From Stegostoma tigrinum (Eukaryota), in NCBI RefSeq assembly GCF_030684315.1, contig NC_081396.1, positions 1,860,001 through 1,924,000 of the forward strand: a stretch of DNA of 64,000 nucleotides, written 5' to 3'. Position 1 is the first letter of the stretch; every line of letters starts with the position of its first letter. Positions 49,908 to 63,132 of the stretch are shown one piece after another. A model generated the notes under the pieces. That model was given only the letters and a program-made list of their open reading frames with translations, was not told where the DNA came from and did not search any database. Made by a program: the position numbers and the translations under genes.

Positions 49908-50385
49908 TTAATTTGCGAAGTGGCTACGAATCTAGGACACACTGTCTCAAGGGCACAGGTGCAATTTGACAATACCCTATCCTCTGCTGTCGCCGACAGT
50001 CAGAAAGTCGACAATAGGGCAACTTTTCAGCTGAACTGAACAGACCTACCATTCGTCGTTGATCACTTGTACTGCTCATTGGGCGCTATATTCATTGCAG
50101 TCATTTTCTCAACAATCGTCTCAGAGGCCTTTTCACACACGTTTCAAGTAGATGAGACTAGAATGCAAGCTCCATGCATCCGGGTCAGAGATGTTACCTT
50201 TGTAAGATGAGATCCCTTACACTGAGCCAAATGTTAATGAATCAGAGTATACTTAACTGTTCTGGTGGACAAGCTCAAAAGTGTTTTTGTTTTCATTTTG
50301 GTAGCAATCAATGACGAAGGGAGCCTTCTGCAGTACCAGAAGCATCTGCCAAGAATATATCGAGCAAGAGAGTAATAAAATGCAT
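49908..50385 (-). pseudogene. V pseudogene family H, copy 3
   Basis: Leader MHFITLLLDIFLADAS with GT donor; ...TAED...TCAL; GACAGTG + 23 nt + GCAAATTAA. Confidence 0.6.
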
Positions 50386-52188
50386 TCTTCCATGTGGCAG
50401 ATATACCGTCAGAATCTTCAATTCATTTTTTTTAATTTATAATTTCAAGATATATTCTTTATTGAACCTGCAGTGAAGGCATTTTATATGTCTTGCTGCA
50501 ACTCGCTGCAGTGAAAGTATCAATATAAATGCGAATCTCATGCATTGGCAGCTCCACATTCTCGAACGAAATCCGTTTCAATGGCATCAGGTTCTCGTAG
50601 TGAAACAATAATGTAGGCTCTGCTCTGAAAAGACAGTGTCGATCTTTTCCATCTGACATGAACGAAAAGACACAATCAGGCTCAATTTCAAGTTCACTGT
50701 CAATTTCAACAACAGGAGATTCAGGATTTCAATTTCACTCTATTTCTCAATGTCCTTTGCTGATGTGTTTAACTGTACAACAAGGAAACAGTCACCTGGT
50801 TGGATATTGCTTTGTGTCACTGTCCAGAACATACTGCCTGCAGAAACATGGGTCTTAGTTTCATCTTCCTTTCTCTTGCCGAATAACTATTTCAGGTAGA
50901 ACGTGTTTTTCTTCAAACCTGTCTGAGTAAACATGTCGGGACACACCTTTTAGTTCTTGTCAGCTTTGATGAAGAATCGCTTCGACATGAAACGCTTGCT
51001 TGCCCTCTCTTCACGAATGTTGTCGGATCTGCTGTGTTTTCCACCATATAATGTTGTGATTCATTTTATTTTCATCGTCAGCACCTCGGCTATGTCATTT
51101 GGTAAATACCAAAATTAAGTTGTCGAATATATTGTTTTATCACAAGTCTGAAATGTCATAATATTGATTTGAAGGGAGCGAAAGTGTTTGGATGCACTCT
51201 GAGCTAATGTTGATGAGTTTTGTTTTAAAGTTGGACCAGATCCTTTTCGGTAAATGAAAACATATGTCTGGCGAACATTTAGGCATAACATTCCAGCATG
51301 AGCCTAGCACTCTGGTTTCAATTCTTAATTTAAAAGACACCACTCTCATTAACTTACTAATGACAGCTGTTCCTCGACCTGACTGCAAAAAGTGCTGGTG
51401 AAGACCAAATTCCATTGGAAAGCGCGGGAAGTTAATTAAACAATTTGAATCAATCAGATGATGTATTGTCCTCCTGCACAGGGCATAATGTCATGCCGGT
51501 TGCATTTTTTTCCTAAAACATGTGCTTAATCATGATATTTGTAAATGTGCATGGTGGCCAATTTCGACGTGAATGATACAGAGATAATAAAATTTCTCTC
51601 AACGCAGCCTGTTCAATGTTTTGGAAACCCAGTCCACTTTTCTCTTACCTATCTGATTCAGTTTAATGTCCATGTTTGGATTTCCAACAGAGGCTATAGT
51701 AGATTTCAAATGTGAAATTTCCATTCATTCAACGTTTCAACAAGTGTTGGTGAAGCATTCAATTCATTGCCTCGGAACAGATGTGAAGGCAGAAGTGTGT
51801 GAGCTAATTGTCACTCGTTCTTGTTCTGATTTCTCTGAAATCTATGGATGGAGGAGTGAGGCATTTTACTTATTTTTGATATTCAGTCTTCCATTTCTTT
51901 TCATGGGAAGCCAGTATTTCAGAATTAATAGACTGGCCTGCAAATGTGACATAATTACATTTTTAAAACTTCACCGGTGGAATAAAATTTCTGTCAAAAC
52001 GGATAAGGGTTACTCAGTGGAGAGATGAGAAGCGACAATATTGGAATACTTTATGGGGTAAAAGAAAACTTCTTAAAACAATGAACTGTCTTTCTCTCTT
52101 TCAGTATACAGCTGTTCCTCGAGAGCTGATTTTTTTTTTCTCGTGTGAAAAAGCCTTCTGGTCGGCTCTAACAGACACTGTGAGACTG

Positions 52189-52692
52189 AATTTATGGAGG
52201 AGCTATGCCATAACTCTGCATCAGTGTGGGCTCCATAGCACAGAAGTACATGGTGGAGTAAGAGACAATAGCCTTGGTGATTGCCAAATCATTAATCATC
52301 ATGGCTTTAGTAAATGTGAAAAGTAATCTGTCAGGAAAATCAGGATTCCTGTTTATGATTTTTTGCTGAAAACAGATAGACCATGTACTTTGGAGTCTGC
52401 CCTGGGAGATGATTGAACCATTTAAAATAAGGGCTGGAATTGCTTACTTTCAAGCTGCAGATTCTTGTGACATTGCCTCCCTCCTTAGCCGTCATCTGAG
52501 GAGTTGGTTGATCTACCGTGTCTTGCTGACTCTATTCTTTCTATTACCATTATCTCTTTATTAATAATGACATCTTGGTTACAATCATCTGTGTCAGGGG
52601 AAAATGGAATGTTGCTGGGAAAAAAGTCACTTACTGAAGATTGTAATAACGATGAGGTGCGCTGCGAGAAGATTAATCTTGGTGAATTCCAT
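52189..52692 (-). pseudogene. TCR V pseudogene family C, copy 3
   Basis: Leader MEFTKINLLAAHLIVITIF with GTAAGT; QDTVDQPTPQMTAKEGGNVTRICSL...PYFKWFNHLPGQTPKYM / NRNPDFPDR...MYFCAMEP; one frameshift; CACACTG heptamer. Confidence 0.88.
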
Positions 52693-55600
52693 GCTTGTAA
52701 TTCTGAATTCTAGAAAAGTGTCTGTCTGAGACCCCTGTTCAAAGTTTTTCCACATGCTGAATAACAGTTACTGGTGAAGCTATGTGCCAAGTGTCACAGG
52801 CAAGTGAAGGCCGTCAGAGCCAGAGGAGGAAACGCAAACTAAGGGTGGAACTGATGCAGACTCGGCTTTGAGTGAATTCACTGTCCATGGGAGAACAGAA
52901 ATTGCACGACGAAATGTAGCTGCATCTGGATCGGATAGATGTTGAGAAATCTCCGACAAACCTGCCTCCTGATCAGCAGAGCCACTGAACAACAATTAAA
53001 GTGAGATGGGTCAAAAGATCAACAGTGAAACAAAGCAGATGGAGTCTCTTCAGTTGTGTTAACGTCTCTTCTTTCAAACATTCATGTAATTAGTTTCAGT
53101 GCCCAATCTCTTTCCACAGTCTGTAGGTAAGCAAATTGTATTCATTTCTAAGTGTTGAAACAATAATTATCTGTAAGTTATCTCTTGAATCTACTTCCAC
53201 TGACACTAGAAATTCTACATTATAACAACATTAAATGTGTAAAAGATTGTATGTTGATTCATATGTTTCATTTTCTCCTGTCAATTCTCCTAATTTTGTT
53301 CTTTAATTTAGGAAACTCCATACACCGGAAAATAACTTACCAAGGCTGATTGCATCAGCCTAGCTTTGTAGGCCCAGCAGCTCAGAAAATTTTTTGCTAT
53401 TATTAATATGGTATGAGGAGAATAATTTGTCTTTCATTTAACCTCACATGATTCACGTCTTGTCATCGCATGTCTCCCCAAATCAGTAAATCGTTGTGTC
53501 TGACGCACTCCCTGATCTCTGAGATGAATTTTAAATCTAGAATCACATTCATATTCGCCATTGTTAATATTTTTCCCTCCTTCCCTCAAATCTCCCTGTT
53601 TTCTGTGTCCAGCTCCTGTCTTCATACCGGGACTCAAATCAATGAGTCCCATCTGGGGGTTTCCGCCATGACAGAGTCGTTGTCATCGAGAAATGTTACA
53701 GTCTTTACCAATAACTCGCCTGTGGTCGTAGTGATGAGGTTGCTCTTTTACAATCATGACTTCGCTTTGATTCATTTTCAGGAAACTGGGATTTTTTCTT
53801 CTTCCACCTCTTAAAGTGAATTCCTCACTTAACAGAAAACAAAGACAGAGGAGCTCTGCAAATATCAGTACAGGTTTCATATCACAGATGAAGGCATTGC
53901 ACTGAACGCTTAGGAAGCCAAGAGAATGGAGTCAAGGGAAATCCTTTTAACTGTCCAAAACAAAAAAAAAATCAGATGGGTTTCATCGGTCTTCTTCTTT
54001 ATTTTCTCTTCAGGTTTTTAACTTGAAACTCCACGTTAAAGTATAGGTTTGTCAGAATGCGTTCTGGAATGCTCTTGACAGAGGAAAATGAAAACATATC
54101 GAAATATTCCGAGAGTGTGAAACGTCTGATATATATTGGAAAAGTGGAGGTGACGGGTGCCCGTATCTGGCGAAGTTTTTGCTCCCTCTATGCCCACAAA
54201 TTCTGGGTGATCCTGCCAGACCATCGTTAAAGTCAATGATAGAAACTCACACAGGTGATAAGATTTGATTTGCTGACAGAGACTTGACAGAGTCCTAAAG
54301 GGAGCGTCTTAAACACTCGAATGTAACACTGACTTGGAATAGTACTCGTTTTGTCTGTAATGAAAAGAAAACAACATTTCACAGGCTCGAGTAGGAACAC
54401 AGGTAACAAATGTTTTAGGTGAGCTGAAGATCGAACATAAAAGTGGGCAGAAGTTCAGGACAACATTACAAATGTCACATTTGTTATAAATGGATGGTTG
54501 TAAACGTCAGGCATTCAGGATATGGAGGGGTATCTTGCCTGACGAATTTAATTTATCCGAGTTTATTGAAAAATGTGATTTAATATATTTCATGGTGCAG
54601 CACCATTGATGCTGTTCACATGGACTTCAGTAAGTACTTTCACATGGTCCTACATGGGAGACTGCTCGAAACTTTACAAGCCCAATTTATCCAAGGACAT
54701 TTAGAAAACTGTATCAAAAATTGGCTTGCAATGAGAATGCAAAGAATGATGGTGGAGGGATGTTTTGGTGATTGGAATCCTTAAACCATGCGTGTGCAAA
54801 CAGGATCAGTGCTCAGACCTTTGCTCTGTCTAATTCACACTAATAAACTGAATGTGAATGCAGAATGTACAATCAGTCACTTTGCAGATGGCACGAAACT
54901 TTGTGTTGTTGGTCGAGATGTTATAGTTTCAGGCTAGAGTTTGACATTGATCACCTGTGCAGAGCAATATTAAATGGAATTTTACCCTCGTAAGTGCGAG
55001 GGAATGCATTGTGAAATATAATAAGAGAAGGATGTGAAAAATTTGGGCTAGATCCTTTGGGTACTATTCAGTAATATAGGGGTCTTGGTGAACTGTTATT
55101 AGATCAGTGGCAACGACAGTATAGGTCGACAGACTGGGGAACAAGGCAGACAGAAAATTAACTTGATGAACACGGGTATAGAATATAGACACAATGACGT
55201 CAATGCTATGAATTTATAAAACAATGGTTTGGCCATAGATGGTACAATGCATGCAGTTACGTTCATTACACTATCGTAAAGACGTAATTGCACGGGACAG
55301 GGTGCCAGGAATTCATCAGGCTGTGGCTTTGAATGCAACGTTCCTGTTATGAGGAGAGACTGCACAGGTTTCATTTGTTTTCTTTGGAGAAGAGTATGCT
55401 GAGGGAGGGTATTAGTGAGATACACAAAATTCAAAGAGACACAGACAGATATTGAGAATTGATTTCCCATGGCAGTAAGGTCAAAGGAGGTATTTGACCA
55501 ACTGCATGCAAATTAGTTTAGTGTAGTTTAGTGTTTGTTGGTCAGTATAGACATGGTTGACTGAAGTGCTTGTTTCTATGATGTATGGTTCTCTGACTTT

Positions 55601-55959
55601 ATGGAATATGTAACGCCTGTACGATATTTTAATGATGAAGAAAATGCTTTATAAAACATGTCAAGTTCAAAACAATGGCCAACATTTTAAGTGATCTCTG
55701 GTTCCGATAACAAAGTCAGTTTCTGGAGGCTGGAATTTTGAATGAAAAAGTAAGCAAGATTTTGTGCTGCATAAACATTTAACTGCAGCATATGCATGCC
55801 ACTTTGGGACTGAATATTAAATGAGTAGCCACGGCTTTAGAACAATTCGAATCCGAATTTGGAGAATGAGTGCACAAGGATGATTCCAGTACCACATTCG
55901 ACTGGGCAACATCTGACGTTTATATTCCTTTGGTCGGACGGCTTTCTTTTCTGTCACAG

Positions 55960-57100
55960 CTGACTTGTGGAAGTCATATTCTTAACTGATGAATGGTGTG
56001 AACTTTCCCAGTGCATCATCTACTATCAGGTGGCGGTGGCTGATTTCCTACTCATCATCAAGGGTGTCATCTTCAACCAGTTTGCTGGCACCTACTTACA
56101 TGACAGTATCTTGTTCACAATGCCTTGTTTATACGCAGTACTGTGCTGGTGCAAGCTGCTCAGCATGTCTTGGTCTAGCTGACAGTGGACTTCACGATTA
56201 ACGGTTGTGAGGCCATCAGCCATCAAAATGTCAATATCAGGTACTCAAGCAAGAAAACAACGCTCCCAGTCATAGGATATGTATGGGCCCAAACCTGTAT
56301 CAAGAACGTCCCTTTCTATTTCATTTACCAGCTATTGTGCATTGTGGATGGGCTGGCCTGCTTCTCTGACATTAATTCCAGCAATTATAATTGGCCAGTT
56401 TGGCAGGACAATGTCTGGCTAGACCACATCTTAGATAACATGGTGGAGAGCTGGATGAATGCAACAGGCCAAGCAGCATCAGAGAAGCAGGGAGGCTGAC
56501 GTTTCGCGCTCAGACCTTCTTCATGAAAAAGTATTCTGAAGAAGGGTCTGGTCCGGAAACGCCAGCTTTCCTGCTCCTCTGATGCTGCTTGGCATGTTGT
56601 GTTCATCCAGCTCTACACGTTGTTATCTCAGATTCTCCAGCATCTGCAGTCCCTACTATCTCTAGGCCTCATCTTAAACCACTTTGTTCCTTTCCTGCTT
56701 GTTCTGTTGTTCAGTGCCCTGACTGTAAGTTTTTTTTAGTGGCTAGTGGAGCCTGCAAAAATATCCGGGCCACTGAGAATCCAGATGAGATCCAGAGATG
56801 GCCAATCACAAGGTGTCAATTGTCCTGCTGTTTGTCATTTCTCTCAGCTTCCTCCTACAGTGGGTGACCTATGTTGGATATTTCCTTTATGTGAAGATGA
56901 CAAGTGAGGCCGTCTTCCCCAGTCTGGAATTTGATGACCCACAGTACATTCTTCAGGAGATGACCAAAGTAATCCAACTGTTCTGATGCTGCAGTAACAT
57001 CTTCTTCTACAGAGAACGCAGACCAAGTTTCGAGATTAGCTGAAGAATACATTGATGCAAAATTTCTGCGCCCTTCCTTGTTTGTTACATAACATTGAAC
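55960..57100 (+). pseudogene. GPR139/GPR142-like GPCR pseudogene, paralogue, interrupted by a repeat
   Basis: VAVADFLLIIKGVIFN, CIKNVPFYF, MANHKVSIVLLFVISLSFLLQW; collinear with 33117-33995. Confidence 0.85.
56433..56663. repeat. Palindromic Penelope-derived short element inside the GPCR pseudogene
   Basis: ~95-bp inverted arms, CTGAAGA...GAAAC motif, ~13-bp imperfect TSD; related copies at ~23379-23522 and ~38435-38585. Confidence 0.7.
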
Positions 57101-58916
57101 GATCCATAAGCATTTTCATCTGTCCACTTATTCTCATCAGACTTATACCCCCGTCTGCTCCCTCCCCGAGACTGTGCATCTACAATCTAATCATAAAATA
57201 CTTGTGTCATATTCTAGAAATGCATCCATATCAAACCTAGATTTCAGTGTGGAATGTCCCTGGTTTTCAAGAATGAAGGATTTCTCCAATATCTCGCTTG
57301 CTATTGTTTCCATAACGAACTTTCACTTTGAGTTTGCTGCCTGAGATTGACAGCTTCTGAATTTCATTGTTGCAATTGGAATCGTGTTCAAACAAATATG
57401 GAGCTGTTGTTTTCCTGCAAATTTGCTGGTAGCAAATTCCATGATGAATGCATTGGACATAAGTACATAGGGTTCACCACTGCTCACACATTCAAAATAA
57501 ATACAGGCAAAAGGAAGTTCATAAATATTTCTAAAATGATGGCCAAGATCTTATATTTCAACAGAGTTGATGTCAAATGGACTATATGGCACAACATGCC
57601 CTATCTTAACAGGAATATGTTTAGTAATATATGAGTTTTTCTTGCAAGAGGAATGAAAGTTAAGCTTTAAATGGCTTTGGTGAAGTGTGCACTGACGGTT
57701 TGAATTCTCTTTAGATTTGACTATAAGCATTTAAATGGGTGATTGCCAAACATTATGACTATGCCATATTATAAGGGAGTTGTTGTCAGGCAGTTATTGC
57801 AGGTAGCAATTCATGCAAAGGAGCTGTAATCTTCAAATTAAAGACAAACATGAAATGATTGAGGAAGGTTAATGGCTAGCAATTCATAACACTTCCGCTG
57901 GACAGCCTTTTCCACTTTAATAAAATGTTTTCCCGTTCTTCCTGTCTCATCAGTGAAGTCTCCTCAATTATCAAGAGTTGTGCATTGTTCTTTGACTAGT
58001 TAACATATTTATCGTAACTAAAGTCTTACTTCTTAAAAAAAAAGTCCGAAATTTCTCTGTGCAGGTCAACTAACTATGTTCTGCTGATCCATGTGAATGG
58101 AAGATACACGGAGATACACACACCTAAGCGAAGATGTGTAGGGCTCTGACAGCAGAAACAATTTTGCACCAATTTCAAAGTGCGATGAAACTAAAGCGCT
58201 AAGTGTAGAAATCGAATGAATCTGAGAAGGCATTCAAATGCCCATTCCCTGCTGGCAAACCACTGATACAGTCACGCTGGGGACCGAGCATTTATCTCCT
58301 CTGTTTGTGCAAGAATTTCTCTTGATCAACCACACTTCTGATGCACCAACGTACATGCCATTGAGAGAGACCACTCACTTGATCTGATTGTGGAAAGGGT
58401 TTGGTAGTTCATTGAAACTATTGAAACCTAAGAATATATTACAAAGTGTTGAGGTTGTTGACATGATCTGAATATAGAAAAGCATTCACATATGCAAGCC
58501 ACTTGTTGACAAATGAACTAATCCATATTGTGGAGCAAGGAGTCACCGGCTCCAAGTGAGAGGAAGGGTACTATCAGTTAATATGCCTGAGTGAGCATCA
58601 ACCGTTAAAACACATTACAACTGCTTTGACTGCAGAGCTTTAAACACAAGTTTGCTGCTGTGATGTGCCTACACTGGAGGATGACGGTTCAACTGCTCCA
58701 GTGTGGGAAAGCATGTACTCAGCCACCACATTTAGTGTGGTAGCGGCAAGCTCATAAATGACTGCGAGTCTATTATTGATGTTACTTGGATTAAAACAAA
58801 TTGCCTCTAAGTGCTGCAAGGCTGAATTTAGGCTACTCCCCGACAAGGCATTGTGGCTACTACAACTGACGAAGAGGCTATGCTGACAACTCTTGTGTTG
58901 TTCCAAATTAAACTGT

Positions 58917-59355
58917 TGTAATGAATTGTGGAAGAATAGTTAAAGCATAAAGAGTGAATAGAACTAAAATTTAGAATTAGAGGATGAAATGATGGGAAAG
59001 AAGGTCGAGTAAGATACAAATGATTAATTGTTGCAAGACCGCAGAAAACATTAGATCATGTAGGTCAATGTTGCCTTGTGCTTAAGTTAGTTCCTCTTAA
59101 CAATGACAGCTCAGCAAATGCAAGTTATAAGATCATGACAGATAGCCCATCGTAAGGAGTTATGATAATGTGCACGTGCTCGCTTGAATGTTCATAAGTT
59201 GTGTCTTCATGTATATAAACTACTCTATCTATGTAATCTCCAGAGACTACGGATCTGACCTTTTGTCAGCTTTGGCTCCCTGTGATATCAGTAATAAATT
59301 CTCTTTAGCTCAAAGTCTAAAGCAGCAGTTTGTAACTGAATTAATATCTTCAACA
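58917..59355 (+). mobile_element. Possible solo LTR
   Basis: TG...CA ends, TATATAA and AATAAA inside, imperfect TSD aactgt/tactgt; absent in copy 2 near 35530. Confidence 0.4.
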
Positions 59356-60049
59356 TACTGTAACCTATTGTCCTGTGGCTCCTGACATTGTCCGCACAGT
59401 CCACCATTGACATCTCCACGTGATCGCAACTGTGTTCGACTATCAGAAACTGCCAAAGCTTTTCCAACTGAAATCGGATGGTGTGGGTGGCTCAGAGGAC
59501 TACTCTACGTCTGAAAACAGACATTTCGTTTCTCATAATTTAACATAAAATAAATCACAGAATTTCGACAGAATTATTTTGTGGCAATCCTTCTGGACCC
59601 TGTTTTGACTAACTTTAGAGAAAGAAACCCTGATTCATAAAGCAGTTGGTGCACGTGTTGGAGGGTATATTTAATTGCAATTTTCCATTTCAGTCGTAGG
59701 AATAAACCATAACGTGCGTCAGCTGCTGATCGAAATGAGTTAAAGTCGTAAACATTGTCAAATTGCCGAGTTTGCGAATACAAAAACAAATTGTTGGATT
59801 ATGGTAAATTGTGTTTTATATTCAGAATATTTCGTCTGTTTTAACACAGCAATTATTAGTTATATTTCAGGTTCTGCCAGGGCAAGCTGATTATTTTGAG
59901 AAATTGAAGCTTTGAATAAAGTCATCTTATACATTCTGTCTCAATTCTCTGCGAAAGTGGCTGCGTGGCAGAGCAGATATGATCCATTTTAAATAAAAAT
60001 ATTCCAACTGGGCAAAATAAAGTAGATGAGAATCCTGAAGTGCAAACCA

Positions 60050-61790
60050 AAAACAGAATATGCGGGAAAAGCTTAGCAGTTCCGACAGCATCTGTGAAGA
60101 AAATAATTCGACCCATCACGTGACACTTCGACAGAAATGAAGGTCGTTGGGAAAATATCGCTTTATATGCAGAAAATAGGTGGATGGCACAGGAAGTAAA
60201 CCATATGATAAAAAAGAAAATCCATTGGAGAAAGAAAGGAAGTTGGAAAGACAAAGGATAACAATTTGGCCTGGAGCGTGAACAGCTGTTAATGTAGTCT
60301 GTTATTGAATGACAATATGTAGTCTGTAATTGCAGGTGATACAATAACAAGGCCTGGTGTGTGGCGTAGGGGGCGAGGACATGGGAGAGTTTAAATCGAT
60401 GTTGAGTCCAGCGGACCACAGGAACCCCAACCCAAAAACGAAGTGATATTTTTTACAGTTCACATTAAGCTTCACTGGCACACCATGGCAAGCCAGAGAC
60501 AGAGATGTTGGCTAGAGAGAAGAGTGGTGTGTTATGGTGGTCAGCAATGGCGTTCTTCAATTCTTTTTTGGCAAGCAGAAAGTAAATGTTCTGTGATGTG
60601 TTCACCTAGTAATTCCTTTGTTTCACTAAAGTAGAGGAGACAACAGTATGAGCTGTGAATGCAGCACTCTAGATTCTGTGAGGGACAGGAGAAGTGGGAT
60701 TCATCTTGGAAATAGTTTAGGGCCATTGGAGAGTCAGGAGAGAGTGGGTAAACAGGCAAATGTTGGTCTTTCTCCCGTTTCAGGGGGTGGTGCCGTGAGT
60801 TATGTGGGAATGTATTGGGAGTGAATGAAGAGTGAATGAGGGTGTCTCAGAGAGAATTATCTTTGTAGAAGACAGATAATGGAGGGGAGGGGAATATGTG
60901 TCTGTTGGTGACTTCACGCTAGAGGTCCCCGAATGGTGTCTAATGATCTTTTGGATGCAGATGTTGGTGGGGTGTCAGATAAGGACTAGGCAAAACCTGT
61001 CTCTCTTGTGGGAGTGAAGAGAGTTGGTGAGTGTGGAAGTGTGTGAGATCTGTCAGTACCAGTTTAGGGCCCTGTCAACAATAGTGTTGGGTATCCTAGG
61101 CTGAGGAAGAAGGTGGATATTTTTGAGGCTACCTTTTCGATATTAGCCTCAGCTGAATATATGAAATGAAGACAGAGGAATCGTGAGAATGGGATGGTGC
61201 CTTTAGAGGAAGCAACATGCGTGGAAACATAGCCCAGGGAGTCATTGAGCTCATCATGGACATCAGTGCACAGCCTATCCACAGAAAGGAAACAGATGTT
61301 GAGGAAGGGAAGAGAGAAGTAAGAGATAGACCAGGTGGAAGCGAACACAGAATAGGAATTTGAAGTGAAATCAATGGAATGCTCCATTCCCAGATGAGAG
61401 AGAGAAGATAATAGAAGGTATCGATGATAACATTGATAAATCAGAGAAAGAGTTGTGTGTCAGTGCTGGAGTAGTACTGCAACAAAGAATTTTCCACATA
61501 ACCCATGAAGAAATGGGCATAAGCCTGGCTCATGTAGATACCTCGGGCCATCCTTCTGACTTGAGGAAAAGGAGACAAGGCAAAAGAGAAGTTGTTAATG
61601 GTGAAATCGGTCTCAGCCACGTGGAGGAGGCTGGTGGTGGGTGCGAACAGTTCGGGTCATTGCTCCATGAAGTAGCGGAAAGCCCCAAGACATGCCTGGT
61701 GGTGAATGGATGTGTAAAGAGATGGCACAACCTTGATATAAAGGAGGCAGTTGGAACCTTGAACCTGGACATTTTCAAACCCGTGTAATT
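60050..61790 (-). mobile_element. Decayed Penelope-like retroelement
   Basis: LPFLNICF...GTIPFSRFLCLHFIYS resembles the Penelope RT C-terminal motif IPxSQFLRL. Confidence 0.7.
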
Positions 61791-62683
61791 TACAAAGGCT
61801 CAGCTATGGTTCTCAGATACATCTGAGCTCTCATAGTCAGCGAACAACTCTGTTCACTGGCGAACTTAACAGCATGATTTGTTTTCCTTCTCTGGATTTG
61901 AATACACGTAAGCAAAAACTGCTCAGCATCAACATTTTATTGATTTATTTATTCTCCAAAGCCCTGTTGTCAAATGAACAAACTTACTTTGTTATTCCCC
62001 ACTGCCCCGTTCCCAAGGAGTAGAATTCAAAGGAGCTTGAATTTAAAAGTTTTTATTAATGTAAAAAAATAACTCGCAGCGCATAGACTGTCCCCTGATG
62101 TCTATGCTAATCATAAACCAAAGAACAGGGATTCTGAAGGTTTTCTAACTCTGCACAGCTCTTGATGAAAACAATTTCAATTTCGACAAGTTCTGCTGCC
62201 ATTTACCGTAATTATCCTGCAAAAATGTCGATTAGAGCTTGGCGTTTATATCAGCAGCTCATCTAAACAGCAGATTCACAAATTGTGTATTTTTGGATTT
62301 CTTTGTCAGGATCTACATATATTTGAGCTATTAACCGAACACCAAGGCAGCAATATATTCTCCACAAATGAAGATTTTTTTTTCTGACCAGAACTTACTA
62401 CAGAGTAAATTGCAGTTTAGAGGAAGAAGGCAATATTCCATGACTGTGTGACAGCATAAGAGATAGACTGGAAATCCAAACAAAACTAAGGCCATTGGGA
62501 TGATATGGCAGAGGAAGGAGTTTTAAGCCCACCGGCTGTTTGCAGTTTTCCTTTCAAGTCGTGGAGGCAAAATGGGAGTTAGCCTCGTTAGAAGAATTGA
62601 TCTGTCTATTCAAAGCGCATTGTTTAATCTGTCAAAGACCTTTCCATTACACCCACAGCTTTCTGTTTAATGTATTACTCATT

Positions 62684-63132
62684 ATATTCCCTGGCTTACT
62701 TCACGTCTTATTGTTCATGGTAACAGGTCGATTCTAAGAATGATAACGTGCTTTGTCTTTCTTTAATTTACTATTAATCTTGACTCTTTTATCGCACTTT
62801 GTCGAGGAGGTTCCGTCTCACAGAAAGCAGCTTCAATCTAAAAGAATGAGGGAGATGTTGTCCAGTTGTCATGTATTTGCACATATACGAAAATCAACTA
62901 TTCTAATCCATTCTGGTACTGTTAACAGCAGACTGATTCCACAGAGTTGCTGCTGTTGAGAAAAAAAAAATTGGGAACACGGAGATGTGTCTGAGGACAC
63001 TAGTTTTTCTCAGTTTGACGAAGTGAACAGCCTATCGAGCTGAACGTGTTGTAAACTTGACTGACAGGTTCTGTGTTTTCTTCCTGCACATTGATCATCA
63101 CTGAGGCTCAGAATCGACCCTGTACAAAAACT
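62684..63132 (+). pseudogene. TCR V pseudogene of a different family, outside the triplicated cassette
   Basis: Leader IFPGLLHVLLFMVT (ATG lost); LCRGGSVSQKAASI*KNEGDVVQLSCICTY...PFWYC*Q; nonamer ACAAAAACT at 63124; heptamer degenerate. Confidence 0.8.

Larger units (their letters stand above)
1..61800 (+). repeat. Three tandem segmental duplicates of a multi-V cassette
   Basis: Collinear anchors: V-A 4924/20115/39926, V-G 8014/28927/49139, V-H leader 8741/30157/50385, CR1 12750/31580/54480, GPCR 33117/55960. Confidence 0.85.

Noticed and set aside
61950-62445. Possible minus-strand V relic with leader MEYCLLPLNCNLLC
   Set aside because: Donor and MSC motif present but no convincing W, YxC or RSS
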